A stretch of 64,000 bases of DNA. Origin: Callorhinchus milii. Taxonomy: Eukaryota. Under the pieces are notes generated by a model, which saw only the letters and a list, made by a program, of their open reading frames with translations, did no database searches and was not told where the DNA came from. The stretch covers positions 48,858,001 to 48,922,000 of the forward strand of contig NW_024704743.1 of the NCBI RefSeq assembly GCF_018977255.1, in the 5' to 3' direction. The translations under genes were made by a program, and so were the position numbers. Of this stretch, positions 1 to 13,330 are shown in pieces (positions within the stretch are counted from its first letter, which is position 1; every line of letters begins with the position of its first letter).

Positions 1-460
1 AATGTGAGGGAGGGAGGAGAATTGAGGATTGAACCAGTTGTCGAGGTTTGGTGAGTTTGAGAGAGAGGCCAGGGAGGTTGAGGAACTCAGAAGCAGAAGT
101 GAAGACATTGGCAGGACCTAACGAGGATGGCGTCCATATTGAGCTGCAGAAAATTGAGGATCATCCAGTCTTTCATGTCTGACAGGCAATCAGACAGAAC
201 ATCAGGGGACTTAGAAACAGGTGCAGAAGTGGAAAAGTAGATTTGGGTGTCATTTGTATACATGTGGAAGTTAACCAGATGATGACATCAAGTGGGAACA
301 TGTAGATGAGGATAGGTGGGGACCGAAAATGAAGCCGTGAGGTGGGACTAGTCGGATTGGAACCAGGAGAGTGTGGTTCCATGGAGGTGAATGAGACAGG
401 ATAATGAGAGGAGGATGGGGATGATCAACAGTGTTAAAAGCATCAGAGCTATTGAACATG
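1..460 (-). mobile_element. L2-clade LINE ORF2 (reverse transcriptase) remnant
   Basis: Minus-strand translation gives a decayed 'DAFNTVDH' (cf. DLSAAFDTVDH) and 'FHMYTNDTQIY' (cf. FHxYADDTQLY). Frameshifted and purine-rich on the + strand. Confidence 0.85.
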
Positions 461-519
461 AAGGCAGAGGGTTATAGAGAGAGAGTACTATATAGGACAT
501 GTTATAGTGGTAAAAANGG

Positions 520-675
520 TATGATCAAGCTTGGCTGTGATGCTGAATAATGTCCTAACACTTGGCTCACACATCAATACCGGTCACCAAGTTGATTGTG
601 GTGCCAGATAGGGCCTGTAGAACTGTAACCGGGTAAGCAAGAATCAATCACTATCAGGAGAGAAAAGTCCTGAGG
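520..675 (+). mobile_element. 3' part of an old SINE family (AmnSINE2-like, unassigned)
   Basis: Motifs cttggctgtgatgc, ggctcacacat, gaactgtaacc and caggagag occur in the same order as in the reverse-oriented copy at 38430-38822. Confidence 0.45.
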
Positions 676-677
676 GG

Positions 678-743
678 AGGGATTGAACCCACAAAACCTT
701 ATGACTCAGAGGTGAGAGAGCTACCAAATGATCCAGACTGATA
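678..743 (-). mobile_element. tRNA-derived head of older DeuSINE (SacSINE1-like)
   Basis: The reverse complement reads tggtagctctctcacctctgagtcataaggttttgtgggttcaatccc, with A/B-box remnants. The same head occurs at 24120-24185. Confidence 0.6.
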
Positions 744-1299
744 TTGGGATTAAAGAACACTTCCAGTCAATAAAATAAAACCAAAATGAAGTAATAACAT
801 TCTAACAGATGTAAAATATATAACTTTCAACAGGGGAAAAAAGAGCTAATGTGACTAATCTTAAACAGGTGCATAAATGTTTCATCCAGACTTACTGAAG
901 CAATAAGCATAGAAATTGCAAGCTGTACAAGGCAATAAACAACTCAGGTATTTACAGCGCACAGGAAATGGGTTTGATTCGCCCCGCAGTACACACTGGG
1001 ATTCCCACATTGATCATTGTTACATTATATAAGAAATTGTTAAAACAGAAATGAGGTGATTTGCATGAGTGCTGAACCTCTTATAATGTCCTGAGGGAGT
1101 CATTGTGATGTGGAACAGCATTTTAACGAATCACAGTGATCAGAGTTCCCTTGCAATATCCCAGTGTAATGCGGTCAGTCTGATAATAAAAAAAATCCTC
1201 ACATTTGGTAATAGGGTTGGATGTTGAACAATGTTAAATTGCCAGCAAGTTTATGTTCACTTCTTGAGCTTGTTCCTATGTTTTGGAATTTGCATCTTA

Positions 1300-1550
1300 A
1301 GGCCCCACTCAGAAGGGAACATATAATTTTGATTGCCATCTTCGATTACAAGATGCTAAATGGGATCAACAAAGTAAGTCCAAAACAAACTTTCACCTGT
1401 GTTAAGATAGCAGGGTAAGTGGCATGGGTTCAGAGCTGTGAAGGAGTGGAGACCAGGAAATATATTTTTATACAGAGAATAATCAACAACTGGAGTGTGT
1501 TACCAAGATCCATGGTAGAGGCCAGGAAACTGGATGCATTTAAGAAACAG
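1300..1550 (+). mobile_element. CR1 LINE 3' fragment
   Basis: Decayed 'LRRE-LI--F-KMLNGINKV' followed by a ttttacacagaga...tgg...gcatttaagaa block typical of the CR1 ORF2 C-terminus. Confidence 0.6.
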
Positions 1551-1749
1551 TGTCCTGGACAACAATCCCCCAGATAAAATATTGATCATTCACTTCATGG
1601 CTGATTGTGGGACACTACTGTGTGCAAATTGGCAGTTGCCTACAAATACAAAGTCCACTGCAATTCACAGTAAAATCCTAAAAAGCATTTTGTGATGTCT
1701 TGATGACACGATAATGTGCTGTATCAAATGCAAGGATTATTATTATTAT
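1551..1749 (+). mobile_element. Deu-domain SINE 3' half with L2-type (TTA)n tail
   Basis: gtgtcctgg...tgtgggacactactgtgtgcaaattggc...atcaaatgcaaggattattatt. Confidence 0.85.
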
Positions 1750-1984
1750 GGGAAGGTAGTAGACCTTGTATTCTGGAAAATAGAATGGATCAAATCACCC
1801 AAAGATGATATTTTATCCTAATGTCTCTTGTGATATTGAGACTATCTGTGACATTAAATATGGTATGATGAAAGTACATGAAATTAATTATTTTTCTGCT
1901 TAGGTTCCAACATAAAGCATATAACTCACATGGAACAGTTGGACTGAATGGTCTGTGTCCTCACATACTATCTAAATCTATGTA

Positions 1985-2130
1985 ACCTAGCTGACCTCAG
2001 CTGAAGTAATGGTGAAACACTATCATTGGGCAGAGTTACTGAAGCTGCAGAAGGAAATTCAGTATGTGTTCCTGTTCTTGTTTGGGATCAGTGACTGTTG
2101 CTGGAAAGTATTTGTACATGGACCTCATGA
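1985..2130 (+). mobile_element. old SINE central fragment (AmnSINE2-like, unassigned)
   Basis: tagctgacctcagctg...cagtgactgttgctggaaagt..tggac motifs resemble the family as I recall it. Confidence 0.4.
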
Positions 2131-2209
2131 GTAGGGGTTGCAATCTTGAGTGCTCCCGAAATCCTGGGATTACAATCCCTACGCATGGATCTTAAACTCA
2201 TAATAATGG

Positions 2210-2402
2210 CAACTTGCAATCATATAGCGCCCATTAGATGAGTAGCATCTCGGAGCAACTTAATAGTGAGAGTGCTCCCAGCTGAGCCAGGCGGACACAC
2301 AATAAGTATACATTTAATTGTATGGAAATCTCAGGCTTGTTCAGATGCTCTTAAGCATGGTGAAATTTTCCACATGTATCAGACACCCAGCTGACCAAAA
2401 CT
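2210..2402 (-). repeat. unassigned ~200-bp repeat copy ending in an L2-type tail
   Basis: The reverse complement begins ttttggtcagctgggtgtctgatacatg...ccatgcttaagagcatc, as do the copies at 24575, 43851 and 51680. It ends gggcgctatatgattgcaagttg. Confidence 0.7.
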
Positions 2403-2846
2403 AAATTAATTCTAAGCATACTCCTCCTTGCAAAATGTGACAGCATTCAGCAAAATATAAATACATATAATCTAATATTTCTTCTTTGCTTACTGAAGAA
2501 ATGTGGGTGTAGGACAAATATTATGCTGACATTCATAAAACTCTGATAGAGTCTCAAACTTGTATTAAGACAATTTGTATTGGAGGGCCTGTTGATCTTT
2601 GATTGCCAACTCCAGGAGTTGAATGGATTCCATGGAATAAAACATTTTTTCATAACTTTTCAATAGCAGTCTAACAAGTTAATACAAATGGAGGTATATT
2701 ACAAAGAAATGTCAGATATGATTTATAGTGGAATAATTCCAATTGACTTGCTAGAACTGCACTTTTCGTTTAAGCAAAGTCTCTATATTTTCAGAAAATG
2801 TTAAAGCCACAGAAGAGCATATTACTGTCCTTTCATTTGAGATCCA

Positions 2847-3010
2847 TAATAATAATAATCCTTGCATTTGGTACAGTGCCTTATTACATCGTTGAGACAT
2901 CTCAAAGCCTCCATAGAATATACTGTAAAGTCAATTGACTATATATTTGTGGGCGAAACGTGGCAGCCAATTGCCCACCACAGTGTCCCACAAACAGTCA
3001 TGGAGTGAAT
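2847..3010 (-). mobile_element. young SINE 3' half
   Basis: aataataatccttgcatttg...gtcccacaaacagtcatgga is the reverse complement of the 3' half of the full copies. Confidence 0.9.
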
Positions 3011-4174
3011 ACTCTTGCACCAGTGGTGTTACATGGCCAGTGTTCTCTATGAGGGACCAGTGCAGTTATTTCAGCCAAATCCCAAATAGATGGAGACCAA
3101 ACATTAGCTGGATTACGGAGTACAACTGCCCATTAAAGATTAATTTTAAACATAGTACTCAGCAGAAAAACATTAAAATAAGTTACAATCAGCAGCTCGC
3201 ATAAATAAAACTCACATAATTAAATGTTAGATCACAGTTGATCTTTGAAAGTTGGCCAACTGAAGATGTAAGGATGAATCATGAAATCAGAGGTGGATTA
3301 CAAACGTGAATGAAATCTTTTGTTGGACTCACGTGGCTCAGCCAATGTGTATGATTTGTCCCAACTTAGTACCGAACCAAGTGGGTAATTTATCTCTAAC
3401 CATTAATTATTCTCTATATATTGCTATGATCTGTCAGGGATTTTGTCATATTGGTAGATTAATGAGGCAGTGATGGAATCTGTCCTGCAGATCTGTCACT
3501 CATCCTCCATTTAGAGCAAGTGAGAACTGGTCTCAAGCTGGAGACCAGCATTGTCTTCCTGACTATCAAAGCAATGTGAAACCTAACCAGATTCTGCCTA
3601 TTCTAATGAGCTTTGTGTTCTGGGAAACATGTCCAGACATGGTTAAGAATAAATATGGAACTTTATTGCAAACAGATTCAGGCATTCCATTAAGTATAGC
3701 CCAGTTCACCTGCCGTGTATCTCACCCCCTTTCCTGTGTCACAACACAGCCATTTCTGTACAGCTGACTTTTCATTCCCCTCAATGTCCCCACTGTCAAC
3801 TAAACAGTCTGCCCAATGAGAAGGAGGAGGAATGATATGGAGCATATGGAGGACTCTGTAGTGGCTGGTAATTTGCACCTCGCCCAGCTCCATCAGACTG
3901 ACTTCACCAGTGTACTGCTTGCACTTCTCATGGCTTTAAAGGCTACCTGAAGCGTGTCCAGCCATGAGCTGACCATTACTCTGTTCCTCTCAGAACCATT
4001 CACCTTGCACGTTCAGGAGCTGTTTCCTGACGGTTATTTTGTCCAGGCAGTGGTCCCCTATCTGTTTTGGTGACTTTGTATGGATTGCCATGTTCCATTG
4101 GTGTGTCAGCTGTTCTGGTACTTGCCATATGGTCCCTCATGTCCTTTGGGCAAACTGGCCAGTCCTGTTCTGAT

Positions 4175-4442
4175 GTCTCTGCTGTCACCCACCCACCGAC
4201 CCTGGTTGGCCTTACTTCTCACTCTCCCTCCCCTATTGCTGAAGTGGTCTATCCCTACCTTATGGAACCCCATCTCACATTCCCTTTGCCTCGCTTCCTC
4301 CCTTACCTCCTTCAAGGCGCATCTCAAAACCCTCCTACCCTCCCTGCTCCCTCCCCGATCCCAACCCCCAGCTTGGGTCCAAATCCCTGATTGTACCAGT
4401 GCCTGACGTGAAAGGCGCTACACAGATGTAATTTGTATTGTA
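4175..4442 (+). mobile_element. L2 LINE 3' end
   Basis: Translation 'PTLWNPISHSLCLASSLTSFKAHLKTLL' followed by the tail gtgaaaggcgcta...tgtattgtat. Confidence 0.85.
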
Positions 4443-5562
4443 TGGTGTAAGCCATTCTTGGTAGCAGGACAACGTCACAATGTCTATGCTTCAAGTCTAC
4501 CCGTCAGACAGACATTTTCCAGCATAGTGCAGAGGCACATCCAGTTGACACCATGCTATTGCCAACTATATAGCCAAGTAGCATGAGAAACACAACCTAT
4601 CTGCATTGCACTGGGGCTATGATAAACAAACATGGATTTTGTCATTTAACACATGACAACTTGTTTTTAAAATATCATTAAAGAGCTGCTCATGTATTCA
4701 TTTGTATATAGAATTGCACTGAAAGAAAAATGTACACAACTCTTGAATTAATTGGGTTCAAAATCTACCTCTCCCCGGCGGCTTGTAACGTTTTCCTATG
4801 GAGAGCGCTAGGCCTGAGGTCTTCAGAATTTTCAATAAAAACTTAATTTTTCATCGATCAGTATCTATGATAATACCAGTGACTGACTACAGTGTAATTC
4901 AGTCTAGTATATTTGTTGAGCATGATTTGGATATTTACACTACAAAATGTGCGGCAATGCTTTTATCTGCTTTTGCATGTTCCATCTAATGCTCCACCTC
5001 AAGTCTACAGAAAATATTATTGAAGCAATTTGTGAGCACAGCTAAATGGGATCCTTTCAGGTTGTCGGCATTGCTGGTATGTAGATATGTCAAAGTGTTG
5101 CTCCACCGAACAGGCTGGTTTTCACTTTGAGCAGTTCACCTCAGGAGAAGTAATAACTATGTGCACTTTAACCAAATTATATTCAAGCTAAAATAAGTTG
5201 CTAATCTTTTGTCTCACGCTAAATAAAGGTTCCAATAACTAGTATATTTTCAAATTAATAAAACAAACTTGCATTTGGTACAGTGCCTATAACATCTCAA
5301 AGCACTTCACAATGTTTCTGCAAAGTGAACTGTCTGTATTTCACTAACTTATTGAGCTAGGTTGTGATGCTGCAAAATTACAAAGATAAAAGGAACCCAT
5401 TGCTTTCACAACTATGTTTTATTTGCAATCTGTGAAGTTGAACTATTTGGGTTAGACTTGTCTCGTTAAAAGTGTTTGATCTGCAACAAAGTGGCTTCTC
5501 TTATATCCTCTTGCTTGTTTTCATGAAAGATAATGTAGTGACATTTAATTAAAGCAGTGCTA

Positions 5563-5990
5563 CAGAGAGTCTGGGTGGAACTGTAGGTGAGGACATTGTC
5601 CTTTCACCTTGAGAGTCTGGGTTTGAATTCAGCTCTGACTGATGGGATGAAAGCCTCCTCTCTCTGACAGTTGTACTGAGACCAAGTGAAAATGAGGTTG
5701 GTTCATCTCAATCCCATTCCTAGTGGGAAAGAATCCTAGGCACAAAAATTTACCCATAAATCAGAACTAATTAGCTCCAAATTGGTATTCTTCCTCAGAA
5801 AGGCCAAAGAGATGTCTGGTGTGGGGAGTGGAAATGTCATTTTGATGCAGTGGAGGGTGTTTTCCTGTGGCTTTAGGTGTAATATATAGTTGGAACAATG
5901 AGATACCCAATTCTGTCCCATACCTGGCAGCGGAATATGCATTACTGACAAAAATGTATGAAAAAGGAAAATCTTTTAATTTCTCACCAC
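5563..5990 (+). mobile_element. LF-SINE-like element
   Basis: tRNA-like head (cctttcacc..gggtttgaattc), then gtgaaaatgaggttgg..ctcaatcccattcctagtgg, actaattagc and agaaaggccaaaga, in the order I recall for the LF-SINE consensus. A second copy lies at 36400-36785. Confidence 0.7.
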
Positions 5991-7484
5991 TGATATCTAC
6001 CCCTCTTCTTGAGTAGCAAACAAGTATTTTGGAGTATTTTTGCTAATTTGCATTCTTTTTCTAGGAAAATTGTAAGAATATAGAAGATCCAGGTAACAGT
6101 ATTCCTGATGATACAAAAGTACGGCAAGAGTATATTGAAAAATGACAGCAATAAAAGGTTTAATTCTGAACAGTGTAGATATTTTTTACTTTTAACTTTT
6201 AATGAAAGAGTCAGCTCATAATATAAGCTTATGTGTCATGCAAACCTGCATTTAATGCTATCCTTCTTACTTATGCTCACAATGCCAATCTTTGTCTCAG
6301 ATCAATACATAACACAATATGTTAACTCTGTCTAAACCATGGCTAATCCACACACGCACCTTACTACCTGACAACCAACATACTTCATCTGTATTACACT
6401 CAGACTAAGCACAACGATGTCTCCTTCATTTATTATATCTAAGTCTGTGTAGTGTTATAGCTGATATTTTGAAAGCCTCTTTCTCGTGGCATATAGCCAC
6501 AATACAGTTTCTGAAGTTTCTGCAGATTTTGCTAGTTCCAGCTGTGATACATTAGTTAACAACTCACCCATAGGATCTCAGCATAATGCACCATTCCCAA
6601 TGGGGCAAGACAGAAATATGTGCAAAAACAAACTTTGTTGTTCTATGTCAGTAGTAAATCCCATGACCTATCCACTTAGTGCTGACAGGAATTATTTTTT
6701 GTAGTGCACCTTTCAGCCTTGAACAGCCATCAGCCATATGTGGAAGTAGTCCTGTGGGTAAGTTTATCATTAACAAGCCACAGCTGGAGGTGCAGCAAGC
6801 CCATGGACTGGAATGACACTGCATTAATTGACAGAGATGTGGAATAATAGGCTATTGTACAATATGTGTTTTGCTGACCAATGTCACAATAACTGAATAA
6901 ATAGCAAGAAAGTGGTGGGAACTTTCTAACTTTTTGACAGGTCCGGACATTCAAATATTGCATCTGGCCAATTTAAATTCGTATAGCAGCTTCCAAACTA
7001 AAAATAATCGAGAGGAAAGAAGACATTTTTGATTAGAACCTCACTTATAATTGCTCAAAAAGCTCCAGACTTCAACTAAGTATGAGTTCCCATTAATCTA
7101 TGAAAACTTCTTCCTGAAATATGCAACAATGACATTAAATATCCTTGTGTTCAAGTTAATTCCCTTCTCTTTTTGTCTAAGATGAATGGATAGCAAAGCC
7201 TATCTATTGGTTAGTTATAACCCTTTGTAATGTATGTAGAAGAGCACATGTACATTAATTACAGGATTCACAGCTCTTTGTCCTGAATGACTAGATGTAT
7301 TTCAGCGCATATGAACTGACAAGATTTGCAAATGTTTCGTCCAGGTGCTATGCTTAAAAAAGCCTTGGCATAAGAAATGCCATCCTGGCTATGGGAATCA
7401 GGGCACACAATACTTTGGTACAAAGCAAAACAATTGGCATTTGATTTCAGTAAGTACCATAATCTACATTTAAAACAAATTTTG

Positions 7485-7600
7485 TTTTGCCTACAAAATA
7501 TACAGTCAATTCACTTTACAGTATATTTTGTGAAGCATTTTGAGATGTCTCGAAGACTTGATAACGTGCTATATCAAGTGCAAGGATTATTATTTATTAT
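7485..7600 (+). mobile_element. young SINE 3' fragment
   Basis: caaaatatacagtcaattcactttacag...gcaaggattattat. Confidence 0.9.
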
Positions 7601-8196
7601 AAATTAAATCAAGAACAAGATAGTTTCAGAGAAACTCCCAGTAAAACAACCAGTGCTGTCCAATAAACACTGCTATGTTTACCCTATTACAAAATTGCAT
7701 GCAAACATCCAGGTTCATGCACAGAAAACACAAGATAACAGAGAACTCAGGAAGAGTCCAAGGCAACAATCCCTTTTATAGTTTAATGACAATTATTCAA
7801 TTCTTCAAGTTTCAAATGAAATTCTTCAAGAGTTTTCTTTCAGCCAAATGATTAGTAATATATATCATCTAGTCATAATAGAACATAAGATAGGAATGAA
7901 GAAGGAACATTTAGCCCACAAATTTACCCCACCACCTGGGCACTTATTTAGGACAGTCAGAAACCATTTTATCTTCCATCGTACTTGCTACCACCATCTA
8001 TTTATTCTGTGGCCACATCTTTATTCAATGCTTCAAATGCAGACTCACTGCAGGAAGTAGAGTTTCCGTTAATTATTAGCTAGACGTAAAAAGTAGTTGT
8101 TTCTTAAGATAGATAATGCTTGTCTGATTTTCCTGGTTCAGCACAATTAATGTTTTAGTAATATACAGTACACCTAGTAATGTTTACACCCCAACT

Positions 8197-8352
8197 ATAA
8201 TCCTTGCATTTGATATAGCGCTTTTCACGTTGGGAGGACATCCCAAAGCGCTTCACAGAACACACTATAACGTGAATTGGCTGTATATTTGTGGGCAAAC
8301 GCGGCAGCCAATTGCGCACAGCAATGTCCCACAAACAGTCGTAGATTGAAAA
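8197..8352 (-). mobile_element. young SINE 3' half
   Basis: aatccttgcatttgatatagcgc...gtcccacaaacagtcgt. Confidence 0.9.
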
Positions 8353-9399
8353 TGATCTTGTCTGACATCAACCAATGCACAGATTGGAATTGAAACCTGC
8401 AATATGAATATATTATAATGCTTTTGTAGATGTGGCAGTTTACTCACTAAGCCATCATATAAACCATTTTATGTTACCTCAGATTCCCAATATTCCGTAA
8501 CAATTTATATACCTCCTCACGGTTGCTGAAATTGAAAAAATAAGGAATATCTTAAAAATTATTCCTCAAACAATGTACATATCTTTTATTTACAAAGTTT
8601 ACAGTGTCTGATTACTGGACTTTGGGATGATCCCTCAGTCAGATGATTCTTGACTCGGTCACTCTCTGGATGAGAGACTTCAGTGACACTGTAACTAGAT
8701 GCTGCCTCTGATGTCCTCATGAACTATAATAATAATATTAATAATAATATGTTATTCAGCACCAGAAACAGTGTTGTCATCATGTCCAGCCCGTGCACAA
8801 TCAGAGTATCTGATTCAAAATAACAATGTAGCTAAATATAGTCTCTGGATAATTTGTAAACACTGATATTTCTGTGAAGACCAACATTGCCAGCAAAAAT
8901 GACATTGAAAAATAGCACCACAATAATATGGGACTCGCAAGTATATATAGAGAGAACAGTAATCTTCTTTGAAATAAGACCTCAGGTTCTTTAACTGTAA
9001 GATATTTAGTATTCACCTAAACCACTGGAACAGATAGACAAGAGATTAGATTTAATCCTATGCCGTTATAGTGGGGACTTGAGTGTGGCAATCTTACATT
9101 ATGATTTGTAATTTATGTCATGTGAGATCTTATCAGAAAATTAATATTAACTGAACCAAAATGGATAGAATAACAAAGTTCTTTCGAATGTATAGAAACA
9201 CTCTTTAATGCTGAAGATAACAATTTCTTGTTTGAATTCAGCATAAATAAACAATACGTGTATGCTCTTTAATACTTGGGTACACGCAGAAGTCACTGAA
9301 AGGATTGAAACCTACTATTGGCTCAATATTCTGTGAGTCAAATGTTGAAAGAAATAATGTTAGTTTACAATTTTTATTTTGTACTGGTTCAGTGTCCTG

Positions 9400-9630
9400 G
9401 CCTCAACCACACTTCCTGACAACCTAATCCAGCCATTAATTAACCTCTGGGTAAACAAAATCTTCCTGATGTCTGCTGTGTCATTGACCTTTGGTACCTA
9501 AACCTGCGTCTTCTTGTCTTGGTGCATCCTAAAGTATTGTTCTGAGATTTCTACTTCAATACTATTTAAAAGGTTCTACACCTTTATAAGGTCCCCTCTG
9601 AGAAGTCTTTTCTTCAGTAAAAAAAGCCAA
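9400..9630 (-). mobile_element. CR1 LINE fragment
   Basis: Minus-strand translation 'LFLLKKRLLRGDLIKV' matches the CR1 ORF2 motif RRLRGDLI. Confidence 0.7.
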
Positions 9631-10749
9631 AGAGTAAATATACCCACCATCCCAGAATATCTAGCAAATTCTGAACTGGTATCCTGTATATACATAATAA
9701 AACGTGTGCTGTGAAATACTGTTCGCATTAGCAGCTTGGTTCTAAGCTTGTGTTTCTTATATTGCAAAGATATTCAACGCCACTTTACTCAGTGTAAAAA
9801 GTCTCTTCTTTGTTAGACTGAAAAAACAAGCTCTGATAAGAGGAGTTGCTGCTATCTACACAGACACTGCAAGAAAAATAACACTGCTCTGAACCACACC
9901 TGCTAATGAGGAACAATTAAAGAATGTTTCCAATAAAATAGAAATTTTTGCACCACAGAAAAAGTCCTCAGAATTTGGCATGTATTTTTAAAAAGTCTTA
10001 TAGTTTTCCCCCCAAATCCCATCACTTTTGAATTAATTTGCTACCAGAGAATCGAATGGAATTTAGACCTATGATCTCTAAAGTATCTCAACACTAAACC
10101 CAATGACTGAAGAACAGTTAGTAAAGTTTCATTGGGAAAGACACGTGACCCTCACTCAACCTCCCCACCCAGAAGTAAAACAAATCCTTAAATGAATCCT
10201 CATGCTAATGGTGGTAGAGAGAAGGGAAAGGGAAATTACAAAAGTGGATAAATGGAGCAGAAACAGAGAAGTGATCTTCCTCATAAAAAAGTGAGAGTGA
10301 CAGGTGAATATGATAAGACGTTTAGTAACAAATTGGCTGCTTAAATTCTAATTAAAATGGCGAATATCCAGTGAAGCCGAGATTAATCTCAAGGTGCTTT
10401 ACCCATCAATTAATACACATCCCGGAGTTCATTATTGATAATTATAGAAACGTTCAGATTAAAAACCATGGATCCCTTCCGCCTATTATATTTCAGGAAT
10501 TTATCTTGATCTAGGCTTCTCGTAAAACTGTATTTAATTTCCCTGCTGAGAATGCTCCTAAGAGTATTCGAGTTAAAATTCTTTTTTTTAACCTACCCAA
10601 GGAAAATGCTAACCTTCAGATTATAGTTTGTGCATGAGGTATTTTGCAGGACAATAACATCCCGATAGATAATTTCAAAGCACTAACAGAAGCAAGGATT
10701 GTGAAAGGGCATTCATTACATGAAGCTCCACAGATCACCTGCAAAGTAC

Positions 10750-10842
10750 ACAGTCACTACACTTTACAGTAAATCCTGTGAAGCACTTTGAGCCAAAATG
10801 AAAGGCGCTATATCAAATGCAAGGATTATTATTATTATTATA
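10750..10842 (+). mobile_element. SINE 3' tail fragment
   Basis: gtgaagcactttgag...aaggcgctatatcaaatgcaaggattattatt. Confidence 0.85.
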
Positions 10843-11834
10843 TTTTTACACGCTGGTGGAAGGACATTTCCTCGAGTTAAAACTTCATGTGTGGATTTAC
10901 AGACTGATTCTGATTTACAGCAGTTTTGTTTTATTTGCAAGCAACCAATTTGACCAGGATAAGCCAGCACCAGGGAGTCAGATGCTGGTCAACAAAGAAA
11001 AGTGGTTAAGATTGTCAATATTTAAGGAATTAATGAACATGAGGCTATTCCGTAAAGGTTCCTTATTTAAATTAGCACAAGGAAAGGTAAAGAAACAATA
11101 CAAATTTTGCTTCATATGTTCATCTCAGTTTATGCCTACCCCAATAACCTCCAATACTATTTTCAATGAGGTACGCGTCCACTTGTAATTTTAAAGAACT
11201 TGACAATGCTGGACCACCTGCTTTTGTTGGGATTCTGTGTCACAGATTAACTGCTCAATGAAAAAAGCTTCTGATCTCCAGCTGTACTTTAAGCTTTTTA
11301 ATTTTAAACTTACGTTTTCTAATTCTCTCAAATGAATGCTTTGCAATGGCTGTTTCTTTAGGAAACACCACAACTCCAGTCCTGTTCATTGTCATACTTC
11401 ATCAATTCTGTTCTTCAGTTACATAGATTAAAATGACAAAAAATCTTCTGGACTAAAACATATGGTTAGTGAATATTTTGGGACTGGCTGCTGTACATCA
11501 TGTAATCAAAGCCTCATATATTTGAGCTATTTTTAACCAAGGCATTATTATCATACCAGATCATAGTTCCCAGTAAAATACAATTGTTATGCTTCTTAAT
11601 TCCAGCAAAAAGTGTGATTTTATATTTTAGTGATAACATATTGTATCCAAATTGGGGACTAACAGCTTGAAGCTGTCTACAATGTGTTCTTGATATTCCC
11701 TCCTACATTCCAAGTAATTTGAGTACTGTACGATACTGAGTGACAGTGGTGCATTGGCTCTTTGTGTATCATACAGATAATACAGTTTGTTCACAATTAA
11801 TATGCATGTTCGCAACTTTTGTGTGGTTTTACAG

Positions 11835-11960
11835 AAGAATATTAAAAGATATGAGGAGAGAGCATGAAAGTGGGATTAGATAGAGTGGCTCACGAGGAGA
11901 AAGACACCAGCACAAACTTGATGGGACAAATGGCCTGTTTTTGTTCTGTTCAATTTTTTA
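11835..11960 (+). mobile_element. CR1 3' UTR fragment
   Basis: gatatgaggagagagcatgaaagtggga...accagcacaaacttgatgggacaaatggcctgttt. Confidence 0.6.
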
Positions 11961-13174
11961 ATTCTCTACACGTTGCTGTGAAATCCTTTTAGATAGTGAA
12001 TCTAATTAATCCTTTGAATATGTGTAATAAAGGTACGTGACCTCCTACTCTCCTAATCCCACTCTCCCATCTCCTTCCCCATATCCTTCAGTACAAAATG
12101 TGTAGTATAGTGTAAAATCATATAAAAGTTGTGTACATGTCCATGTAACTGTGCACAAAAAGGATTGATAAACACCTCAAGTGCAGACACATTCTAAACT
12201 GTATAACTGAAGATTAAAAAGCATTAAGGCTCATGTTTGAAAAAAAGCAAGGAGAAGAAACATGTATAAAGAGCACGATAATATGATGGGAATATTTACA
12301 TCATTGATTTTCTTCTTCCTGACCACCCATTCTCTGCTCTTCCAAATGGACACAATCATAAATTCCCCAACAACTCTGGCACAAGATCAGTCCAAGAGGA
12401 TGATTCCTTGGTCCTTATCTCCTCCTCATCTTTTCATTTTCTGCATTCTTCTAAAGCACTACATCTTCTCAATTTTGCTTTTGAAGTTGTTTTGTTGTGG
12501 GATGGATAGTCTCAATTTCCCTCTTGCTCTCCCCATGACTGATTTTGGAGTTGGGTAATGATGCTGGTGAGACCTTGCTCTGCCAGCTGCTCTCCATCTT
12601 TGGGAGGTACATTCTGCAGAGTAGATTCTACAGTAGAATAACTGAGCCTTGCAACGTGCATATCCTTGCTGTGTGTTGCCCCTATTTTTTATAGAACCTG
12701 TATAGACGCAGTATATTCACATATAATTTTAGGCGCCTTGGAGAAGTTTTCAAAGCAATAATGTATTGGAAGTATATTGACATGGCTTTGCATTTTGGGT
12801 TATTTATATTACTATGGACTACTTGAGACATATTTGAATAGAATGATCCCTCAGGGGATTAAATGGATGGGGTACAATTCAATAATAGGTACATGATTGG
12901 AGCAGCGTTGATGTGCCAAACTAGCATTTGTTCCCTTCTATTCTTTCTTATGCTCTTTAGTTCTTATTACCAGTTGCATTGGGAACCTCACTTTTATTGG
13001 ACAGTTTGTTCTTTCAATTGTTACTGAAGATCTTCACCTGCAGTCTCATATTTTAAAGTTCACAGCTTTCTGTCGTGTTCTCAACGCCTTTGATTGAATG
13101 GGGTCCTGAAAATGTGCTCTTTGTTCTTAAAGAATTTATATAGAAGCTCAGCTATAAATGTTTTCTTTATAACT

Positions 13175-13330
13175 CTGTGTGTGATTGTATTTGTGCATGC
13201 AAATGTATGTGTGTATATTTGTGTGAAATTCTGATCGAGTACATATGAATGTAAGTGTGAGTGAAATTGCACGAATATCTGAATGAATGTGTGTATATAT
13301 ATATGTGAATGTATAAGTGTGAGTTTCTGT
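13175..13330. repeat. degenerate (TG)n/(TA)n microsatellite
   Basis: Alternating tg/ta dinucleotides, which produce the H/T/Y-rich spurious ORFs. Confidence 0.7.

Noticed and set aside
517..517. Single N after an A-run (also at 59089)
   Set aside because: An assembly or base-calling ambiguity at a homopolymer, not biology.
3994..4070. Exon-like segment after a polypyrimidine acceptor (PFTLHVQELFPDGYFVQAVVPYLF)
   Set aside because: Weak donor, no recognisable homology and no partner exons.
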